64,000 nt of DNA from Alphaproteobacteria bacterium (GTDB taxonomy: Bacteria > Pseudomonadota > Alphaproteobacteria > Micropepsales > Micropepsaceae). How positions within the stretch are numbered: position 1 is the first letter of the stretch; every line of letters begins with the position of its first letter. The stretch spans positions 2,056 through 66,055 of the forward strand of contig JBQTHM010000006.1 in NCBI GenBank assembly GCA_052389895.1, read 5' to 3'. The notes under the pieces were generated by a model. The model was not told where the DNA came from, made no database searches, and worked only from the letters and a program-made list of their open reading frames with translations. Position numbers and translations under genes: made by a program. Shown piece after piece: positions 10,024 through 16,552 of the stretch.

Positions 10024-10974
10024 ATGATCCGTTCGAAACCGCTTGCTCTCGCGCTTTCGCTTGCGCTGGCGGCGCTGCCGCTGGTGCCCGCGCCTGCCCG
10101 CGCGGACGGCGGATTCGCCGGCGGGCTGAAATGCGTGGGCCCGGTCACCTTCAACAATTCGCTCACAATCAACAAGAACGTCAGCATCAACAAGCCGGTG
10201 ACGATCGACAAATCCATCTCGATCTACAATCCGGTCACCATCAACAAGAGCATTTCCATCGACAAGTCGGTCAACATCATCAAGAACATCGACAGTTCGA
10301 AGAAGATAAGCATCAACAAGAAGATCATCATCAACAAGGGCAAGGGCGACGCGACTGCGGAAGCCTTCGCCTTCGCGCTCGCGCGTGCAAGCTCGCGTTC
10401 CAATGCCATCGTATATGGCGGCGGCTATGTGGACCAGGCCGTGTCCTATGGCGGCGGCGGCGATATAGGCGCGCTTGCCGTGGAAGAGCCCTGCATCGAG
10501 CAATGGGCGACGCTCGTGCGCGCGGTGCATGCGGTCTGCGTGGACGTGCGCGGGCGCTCGCATCCCGCCGCGCGTATGCGCCCAGAAACCTGGATCGATG
10601 CTAGTTACTCCGGCGAAGTCTATCGCTGCCTGGAAGGATCCAGCCTGCGCGTGCGCATCGGCCACGTGGTGGAAAGCGAAAAAGGCATGGCGGCCGTCTA
10701 CGAAGGCGCAGACGAACTTGCCTGCCGTCCGGGCGAGGCGCTGCGCCATTACGCCGACGGGTTGGTGAAATGCGCCACCGCCGAGCGCGTGCCCGAATGC
10801 GCCGAGCGGCGCAATCTGCGCGCCTGGGGCGCGGGCGACATCTTCTTCTCCTATCAGACCAGGGTTTGCGCGCGCAGCTACGTCGCTTCGTATCAGGCGA
10901 AAAAAATGTCTTACGGCGCCTCGCGCGAGCTCGAGCTCACCGGCATGAGCCTGAATGGCGGCGTGGGTTATTAG
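10024..10974 (+). CDS. Secreted hexad-repeat protein with Cys-containing C-terminal domain (no family recognised)
   Basis: ORF 9865..10974. Signal peptide MIRSKPLALALSLALAALPLVPAPARA|DG from ATG 10024 (alternative 10003). Eleven xIxKxV-type hexads follow, then a Gly-rich linker and a roughly 190-aa domain with seven Cys. Confidence 0.6.
   Translation: MIRSKPLALALSLALAALPLVPAPARADGGFAGGLKCVGPVTFNNSLTINKNVSINKPVTIDKSISIYNPVTINKSISIDKSVNIIKNIDSSKKISINKKIIINKGKGDATAEAFAFALARASSRSNAIVYGGGYVDQAVSYGGGGDIGALAVEEPCIEQWATLVRAVHAVCVDVRGRSHPAARMRPETWIDASYSGEVYRCLEGSSLRVRIGHVVESEKGMAAVYEGADELACRPGEALRHYADGLVKCATAERVPECAERRNLRAWGAGDIFFSYQTRVCARSYVASYQAKKMSYGASRELELTGMSLNGGVGY
10150..10347 (+). repeat. Eleven in-frame 18-bp tandem coding repeats (A-rich)
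   Basis: Encodes FNNSLT INKNVS INKPVT IDKSIS IYNPVT INKSIS IDKSVN IIKNID SSKKIS INKKII INKGKG. The DNA unit is roughly ATCAACAAGNNNGTCAGC and is visibly more A/T-rich than its flanks. Confidence 0.9.
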
Positions 10975-10988
10975 GCGCCGCCGCCCGG

Positions 10989-11099
10989 CTATTGAATCCT
11001 TCCGTCCATAATCGTCAGCACCCGGTCGGCCGAGGCGGCGAAGTTGTGGTCATGCGTGACCACGACGACTGCGAGGCTGTGTCCGCGCGCCTGTGCGCC
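10989..11099 (-). pseudogene. Remnant of the 3' end of an ABC-transporter ATP-binding protein gene
   Basis: The minus strand reads GAQARGHSLAVVVVTHDHNFAASADRVLTIMDGRIQ* (H-loop VTHD and the typical C-terminal DGRI). No Walker A/B-containing ORF lies upstream; the fragment runs straight into the stop of the dehydratase gene. Confidence 0.6.
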
Positions 11100-11101
11100 C
11101 G

Positions 11102-12091
11102 TCAGCCGGCAATCAGCTCGCAGAATTTTTTCAGATCCACATTGCCGCCGGAGACTACGGCCACGATGGGCCCGTCGCCCGCCTTGCCGGTGAGCGCGGC
11201 CGCCAGGGGAAGCGCGCCCGCCCCTTCCGCAATGATGCGCGATTTTTCCGCCATCAGCTTCATCGCCTTGCGCGTTTCCTCAAGCGTCACAACGATCGAG
11301 CCGTCCACTATTCCCTTCATGCGCTCCCACATGCGCGGGAACATGCTGTGCCCGCCCGCGCCGTCCACGAAGGACGCGGTCCAGTTCTCGAACACTTCCG
11401 GCTTGCCCGTCCGGAACGAAAGCGCGGCGGGCGCCGCCGTTTCGGGTTCGGCGCCAAACACTTTTACGCCCGGCCTTTGCGGTTTGATGGCGCTGGCCAG
11501 CGCTACTACCAGTCCGCCGCCGCCGATGCCGCCGATGACGCAACTGGCCTCGGGCGCGTCTTCCAGGATTTCCAAACCCATCGTGGCGTTGCCCGCGATG
11601 AAATTGTCGTCGTCGAACGGGTGCACGAAGGTGCCCGCGAGACCGGGATAGGCACGCTCGCCCAGCGCCTTCCAGGCAATGTCGTAAGGAACGGGAATGA
11701 GCTCTGCGCCTAATGCGCGCATGCGCTCGATCTTGGACTGCGGCGCGGTATCGATGACCACGACCGTGCACGGCACGGCGAAGGCGCGCGCGGCATAGGC
11801 CACGCCCTGTCCCGCGTTGCCGGCGCTTATCGTCCACACGCCCTTCTTGCGTTCGCCATCTGAAAGCATTGCTACGGCGTTGGCCGCCCCGCGCAATTTG
11901 TAGGCGTTGATGGGCTGAAGATTTTCCAGCTTGAGGCGGATATCGGGAAAGCCCTCGCCCAATTCGAGGCGTACCATCGGCGTGCGCACGGCCGTCCCGG
12001 CAATGCGCTCCCGCGCGGCGCGGATTTCGTCGGGCGTAATGGGTCTTACGGGCGGAACGCCGGACATGGTTCTCTTAGACAGGATGGGCAC
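11102..12091 (-). CDS. PLP-dependent threonine/serine dehydratase family enzyme
   Basis: 329 aa. PLP-Lys region NLQPINAYKLRGAAN. Gly-rich loop GGIGGGGL. Fold-type II PLP enzyme pattern. Confidence 0.8.
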   Translation of the reverse strand: MPILSKRTMSGVPPVRPITPDEIRAARERIAGTAVRTPMVRLELGEGFPDIRLKLENLQPINAYKLRGAANAVAMLSDGERKKGVWTISAGNAGQGVAYAARAFAVPCTVVVIDTAPQSKIERMRALGAELIPVPYDIAWKALGERAYPGLAGTFVHPFDDDNFIAGNATMGLEILEDAPEASCVIGGIGGGGLVVALASAIKPQRPGVKVFGAEPETAAPAALSFRTGKPEVFENWTASFVDGAGGHSMFPRMWERMKGIVDGSIVVTLEETRKAMKLMAEKSRIIAEGAGALPLAAALTGKAGDGPIVAVVSGGNVDLKKFCELIAG

Positions 12092-12206
12092 CGGCGCCGC
12101 AAGTTATCCCCCCGGCCGCGGGAAAATTCCTTTTGTGCCGCGCGTACTTAGGCCCAAGGCAGGATTTTTTGTCCAACACTTCCGGCGCGCGGCCAGAATC
12201 GCGCCC

Positions 12207-12557
12207 ATGAGCAAGAGCATGAGCAAGAGAAAGGCTCCGGCGGCCGGAACAGCCGGATGCGAAGTTTTGTCCGCGATGCGCGAGCCGGACGTGGCAAAGG
12301 TGGCGGCGGACGTGCTCTGCGGCGAACTCGCCCATTGCCGCGCCGCAATAGCTTTTTGCATGGAGATTCTTCGTGATGAAAACGACTATGCCTGGGATTC
12401 GCGGCTCAAGGCAGGACGCGCGGCGGGCGAACTTATGCGTACGGCGGCGGCCCTTGCGGCGTCCATCGCGCGGCTCTCGGGCGAAGTCCGTCAGCGCATT
12501 ACGGTCGAACATGTGGGCCCGGCGGGCGAGGGGGAGAGGGAGGGGGGTGAAAAGTGA
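12207..12557 (+). CDS. Hypothetical protein (116 aa)
   Basis: ATG 12207 lies within ORF 11931..12557. No motif recognised. Coding status rests only on the open frame and the overlap with the next ORF. Confidence 0.3.
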   Translation: MSKSMSKRKAPAAGTAGCEVLSAMREPDVAKVAADVLCGELAHCRAAIAFCMEILRDENDYAWDSRLKAGRAAGELMRTAAALAASIARLSGEVRQRITVEHVGPAGEGEREGGEK

Positions 12558-12772
12558 AAACAACCTCCGGCCAATATCGCAATAAAAACAAGGCACTAAC
12601 CCCATACAAGAACCGCGGCGGTGCGCCTTTGGGCAACCGCAACGCGCTCAAGCACGGCCGCTATCGCAAGGAAATGCGCGCGCTGGGCGCGATGGCCCGC
12701 GAGCGCATTCAGGCGGCGCGGGCTGCCATAGCTGCGGCGGAATCCCTGCTCGGGCGTGCGCCCCCCAACTAG
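12554..12772 (+). CDS. Small basic hypothetical protein with GAPLGNRNALKHG motif
   Basis: 72-aa ORF whose start overlaps the previous stop. I recall the G-A-P-x-G-N-x-N-A-x-K-H-G motif from small orphan or phage-associated proteins but cannot name a family. Confidence 0.35.
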   Translation: MKTTSGQYRNKNKALTPYKNRGGAPLGNRNALKHGRYRKEMRALGAMARERIQAARAAIAAAESLLGRAPPN

Positions 12773-13107
12773 AAGTGCGCCGAGGGGTGATGGTGGGGCC
12801 AGCCGTTGCAATGTGCGATTTCATGGCGAAGCAGCAAGGCGGCTTCTTCTTCGCCAACTTCCGCCACTTCAGGCAAAACGATGAGGCACGTGTTGGGTCC
12901 GCGGAACGCGCACGCTTCGGCCCGGTGGCCGTCGTAGGGCCGCACGCCGCATCTCTTGGAAACCGTCCAGTAGGGCAAAGTGACTACGCGCAAAAGGCCT
13001 GGGTAGGGCCGGTCGTAGTTGCTGGGAGGAAGAAAAGTCGAAGCGCCGGCGGGCGTGCCGAAAGCGACGGCGAGCAACAGCAATGTGCGTTTTACTGCGG
13101 CGTTCAT
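12769..13107 (-). CDS. Small secreted protein with HExxH motif (mini metallopeptidase-like)
   Basis: Signal peptide MNAAVKRTLLLLAVAFGTPAGA|S. C-terminal LLRHEIAHCNGWPHHHP contains HEIAH plus additional His and Cys. Confidence 0.5.
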   Translation of the reverse strand: MNAAVKRTLLLLAVAFGTPAGASTFLPPSNYDRPYPGLLRVVTLPYWTVSKRCGVRPYDGHRAEACAFRGPNTCLIVLPEVAEVGEEEAALLLRHEIAHCNGWPHHHPSAHF

Positions 13108-13238
13108 GCCCCCATTGACGCAAGACGCAGTTGGCGCGCGGCGGCTCTTTCACGGCCACAAGCGGCCCGCCGTTACCTCGCTACAACCGCGCGGCGCCGG
13201 GGCAATCGCCCCGGCGCCTGCGCGCCCCCTCCCCCGGT

Positions 13239-13916
13239 TCAGGGCCCCGAGTCGCAATGGATGATCTGTGCCGTATTGCCGGCGGCGACCGAAGAACCCG
13301 AAACGTCGCCCCCCACATTGCCGACGGCGGCGTTCACGATCGAGGAAACGCCGCTGCTGTTTTCCTGGAAGTTGTCGGCTGTGAAGTTCGCGGCGTTCGA
13401 AACGATCTGGATCTGGTTGGCAATCGCCGTCGCGGCGAGCGAAACATCGTCGCCCACGTTAAACACCTGGGCGTTCAGCTGCGCCGACGGATCGGCGGCC
13501 CCGCAAATCTGTTCGCTTTCCACCGTCATCTTGGCGGGATCGCTGAAGATGCCTGCCGCGTTGCAGACGGCCGTGACTGAAAGCGACACGTCCTTTCCCA
13601 CGTTGAAGACCGTTGCGTTCAGCTTGGCCCCCACGTCGCCCATATTCACCTGGCTGTTCTTCACCTTGCTGTCCGTCATGGTGAAGATTTCGACCATGTT
13701 GCTGACGGCGGCGACTGTTTCCGTCACGTCGCCGCCGACATGGGCCACGTCGAAATTCATCTGCGACCAGATCGTTCCCAGATTGACCTGGCCGTTGATG
13801 ATTTCGGCACCCGTGCTGTTGCCCTTGCCCTTACTCGAGTCCGAGGCGTAGGCCGGGATCGCTTGCGCGCATATCAGCGCTGTACCCGCGATAAGGATCG
13901 TTACGAGTTTGTGCAT
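13239..13916 (-). CDS. hfaD: HfaD-like secreted repeat protein (holdfast anchor component candidate)
   Basis: ATG 13916 gives signal peptide MHKLVTILIAGTALICAQAIPAYA|SD. Four imperfect repeats of about 27 aa: NFDVAHVGGDVTETVAAVSN, NATVFNVGKDVSLSVTAVCN, NAQVFNVGDDVSLAATAIAN, NAAVGNVGGDVSGSSVAAGN. Lies third in an hfaA-hfaB-like operon. Confidence 0.5.
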   Translation of the reverse strand: MHKLVTILIAGTALICAQAIPAYASDSSKGKGNSTGAEIINGQVNLGTIWSQMNFDVAHVGGDVTETVAAVSNMVEIFTMTDSKVKNSQVNMGDVGAKLNATVFNVGKDVSLSVTAVCNAAGIFSDPAKMTVESEQICGAADPSAQLNAQVFNVGDDVSLAATAIANQIQIVSNAANFTADNFQENSSGVSSIVNAAVGNVGGDVSGSSVAAGNTAQIIHCDSGP

Positions 13917-14862
13917 GTCCGTTCTCCTCCTCAATTTGTTTTCCTGGCGCGCCGGTCTCGTTCGCCGCCACGCGCGCTTCCGCGAGCGGGGGCGGACTGT
14001 TGCTGTCGGCCAGCGGATCCGCGCCCCCGCGGCACGCTTCCGGGCCTGTGCGATAAAGACGGGACATGATTTCCAGCACCGCGCGCTCGACCACCGCGCG
14101 AACCGCAAGCTGGACTGGTTCGAGCGCGGATTCGCCGACACCGATATCGATGATGTGCTGGCCGAGAATTGCGAATACGCCGGCCTGAAGCTGGCGGCCG
14201 ACGATCTGCTTCTGGTAAGAGATAACGTCCACGACCTCGAGCGTGCGCGTGTCCACCAGCCTGAGATCGAGGCCGACGTTCATTACATAGGTCTTCGCGT
14301 CGGCGTTCGCCGCCGCGTCGGCCTGCCTGCCGGACCAGAATGCGGAGTTGCCGGTCGAGCGGATGTTGTAATTGAGCTCGGTTATGCCGCCGACCAGGTA
14401 GAACTCGGATCCTGCAATGGAGCCCGCGAAAATCTTGCGATAGCCGTCTTCTGGCCGCGCATCTCCGATGAGCTTGTTGTTGGCGTATTTCAGTTCGAGT
14501 TCGGCGACCGAAGTATCGTAACGCTCGACCAGGCTCACGCCGGCCTTGGCCAGCGCAGAAATGGCCATCAGGGCGGCGCCCTGCGTAATCTTGCGCCCAC
14601 CCCCGTCGGCCTCGAATTTGGCGGTGTAGTCGGCGATCTGGCCCACTGCGATTCTGGGCGCGGGGCGTCCGCGATTGTACGCACCAAGACACTGCAACGC
14701 GTGCGAATAGGGCGTTTCGTTGGAGATCACCGGCGCGTCGCCAATGGGCGTCGCATAGCGGCCGTCATAGCCTGCGGACGTGCTGATGCACCCGCCGAGG
14801 GCGAGCGCCATCAGCGTGAGCGCCAACGGCTTGGCAAAGTGATTGCGGGCGCGGCGCGTCAT
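13831..14862 (-). CDS. hfaB: CsgG-family outer-membrane lipoprotein, HfaB-like
   Basis: Lipobox LALGGC|IS. CsgG-like core: RIAVGQIADYTAKF...ITQGAALMAISALAKAGVSLVERYD. ATG 14862 has a GAGGA box 9 nt upstream (alternative 14871). Confidence 0.8.
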   Translation of the reverse strand: MTRRARNHFAKPLALTLMALALGGCISTSAGYDGRYATPIGDAPVISNETPYSHALQCLGAYNRGRPAPRIAVGQIADYTAKFEADGGGRKITQGAALMAISALAKAGVSLVERYDTSVAELELKYANNKLIGDARPEDGYRKIFAGSIAGSEFYLVGGITELNYNIRSTGNSAFWSGRQADAAANADAKTYVMNVGLDLRLVDTRTLEVVDVISYQKQIVGRQLQAGVFAILGQHIIDIGVGESALEPVQLAVRAVVERAVLEIMSRLYRTGPEACRGGADPLADSNSPPPLAEARVAANETGAPGKQIEEENGHAQTRNDPYRGYSADMRASDPGLRLGLE

Positions 14863-14874
14863 GCAGATCATTCC

Positions 14875-15285
14875 TCAGAAATCGATGTCGCCGTTGAGCG
14901 TGGCGGTCTGGTCGCCCTTGTTCACCTGCTTGGAATCGACGATGACCGTGTTCCAGGAGCCGTTGACGACCACATTGAGGGCATTGCCGATGGCGGTTGC
15001 CGACGCCGTGCCGCCCGGGCCCGCGAATCCCACTCCGCTGCGGTGCACGCCTTCGGCGGCGCTGTGGGTCGCGCCCGTCATCACGCCGTTCACGAAAACC
15101 TTGTTGCCGTTCTCGTCGCGGGTGGAACCGGAAATCGGCGCGTTTTCCTCGCCAGGCGCCATGCCGATTCCGGTGTTGTAGGTAGCGGCGTCGTCATAAC
15201 CGCCGCCTGCCCGTGCAGGCGCCCCCAGCGCCGCCCAGGCCAATGCCGCGACAAACCCCATCAGAACCCATTCTTTCAGGCGCAT
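14875..15285 (-). CDS. hfaA: HfaA-like secreted curlin-related protein
   Basis: Signal peptide MRLKEWVLMGFVAALAWAALGAPARA. C-terminal ATAIGNALNVVVNGSWNTVIVDSKQVNKGDQTATLNG matches my recollection of HfaA/curlin-type repeats. Alternative start 15324. Confidence 0.6.
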   Translation of the reverse strand: MRLKEWVLMGFVAALAWAALGAPARAGGGYDDAATYNTGIGMAPGEENAPISGSTRDENGNKVFVNGVMTGATHSAAEGVHRSGVGFAGPGGTASATAIGNALNVVVNGSWNTVIVDSKQVNKGDQTATLNGDIDF

Positions 15286-15488
15286 CGCACCCGCCGCAGA
15301 TTCGTTGCGGAGCTCACGGAGCAACCGTCATGCCAAAGGCAAACGGGAATTAACCCAGGCTTGTGTGCCGCAGCGGCACAACTGCGCTCGCGGGCGCACC
15401 AAAACGGCTCCAAACGTAGTGCTCGTGCGGGCCGGAACGCCGCGCTAAAGTGGCGCGAGGCGGGCGTAAATTTCGGGAACTTCAGCTA

Positions 15489-16205
15489 ATGGCCTTTTTT
15501 CAGGATTCCCGTCCGGCCCGCGAGCCCTTTCTGAACGCACCGGCCAGCGTGCTCTGGCTTATCGGCGCCCTGCTGGCGTTGCATGCGGCGCGCGCGTTTC
15601 TGCCCGAAAACTTGGCTAACGAAATCCTAATCAACTATGCCTTCGTGCCGGCGCGCTATTCGGGCGCGGCAGCGAGTGTGCCGGCGGCGAGCCTGTTCGA
15701 CCAGGCGGTAACGGCGGTGAGCTACATCTTCCTGCATGCCAATTTCACGCATGTGATCATCAATACGTTGTGGCTGCTTGCCTTCGGGCCGGCGGTCGCG
15801 CGCCGGCTGGGCGCCGGGCTGTTCATTCTGTTCTTTCTTGTCTGCGGGATCGCCGCGGCCAGCGTGCACCTTGCCCTCAATTGGGAGTCGCCAGTGCCGG
15901 TCGTGGGCGCTTCCGGTTCGGTGGCAGGGTTAATGGCGGCGGGCATCCGCATCATGTATCGCGAGCGCACGCTCCAGTTCGGCGAACGGCCGCGAATCGC
16001 CCCGATTCTCGCCCCGCCGGTCCTTTTCTTTTCGGCCATCTGGGTTGTGGTGAACATCATCGCGGGAATCACCGGACTCGGTCTGACGGACAACATGGCG
16101 ATTGTCGCCTGGGAGGCGCATTTGGGCGGGTATTTCACGGGGCTCTTCCTTCTCGGACCGCTCGACCGCCTGCGCGCACGGCGCATCGGCGCCGCTGCGG
16201 CTTGA
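15489..16205 (+). CDS. Rhomboid family intramembrane serine protease (second paralog)
   Basis: ATG 15489. Catalytic GASGSVAG and downstream HLGGYFTG. Multi-TM profile. Confidence 0.8.
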   Translation: MAFFQDSRPAREPFLNAPASVLWLIGALLALHAARAFLPENLANEILINYAFVPARYSGAAASVPAASLFDQAVTAVSYIFLHANFTHVIINTLWLLAFGPAVARRLGAGLFILFFLVCGIAAASVHLALNWESPVPVVGASGSVAGLMAAGIRIMYRERTLQFGERPRIAPILAPPVLFFSAIWVVVNIIAGITGLGLTDNMAIVAWEAHLGGYFTGLFLLGPLDRLRARRIGAAAA

Positions 16206-16252
16206 AGCGAAGAGCCGCGCGGCATACATGAAGGCGTCAAGGAGTCGCGACA

Positions 16253-16552
16253 ATGACCGATAATCAGAGCGCCAGTGGAGCGCCGGGGGCGCGGGCCCGG
16301 CCGGCACAGCCCTTTCCCGTCGACAGGTTGCTCTTTTCCATCGGCTTTGCCGTGGTGGCCTGGTTCGTGTTCTGGGTGGCGCTGTTGCTCGCCGTGCTCC
16401 AGTTCGTGGTCACTGCTATCGCCGGCAACGTAAACGAGGAGCTCAAGGGCATCAGCCGCAACGTGGTCGCGTATCTCGATCAACTGCTCTCCTACATCAG
16501 CTTCACCCGCGACGAGCGGCCCTTCCCCCTGGGGCCTTTTCCCAAAACCTGA
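16253..16552 (+). CDS. Small membrane protein, DUF4389-like
   Basis: 99 aa with two TM helices (FSIGFAVVAWFVFWVALLLAVLQFVVTAIAG). The family assignment is recalled only. Confidence 0.45.
   Translation: MTDNQSASGAPGARARPAQPFPVDRLLFSIGFAVVAWFVFWVALLLAVLQFVVTAIAGNVNEELKGISRNVVAYLDQLLSYISFTRDERPFPLGPFPKT

Noticed and set aside
10150-10347. Regular 18-bp repeats considered as a CRISPR-like or minisatellite array
   Set aside because: The repeats are contiguous with no spacers, in frame within a signal-peptide-bearing ORF, and encode a coherent hexad pattern. I therefore treat them as coding tandem repeats, not a CRISPR array.
13909-15489. 526-aa plus-strand ORF antisense to the hfaB-like and hfaA-like genes
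   Set aside because: A shadow frame of recognisable CsgG-family and HfaA-like genes. It is Arg/Gly-rich with no signal or motif.
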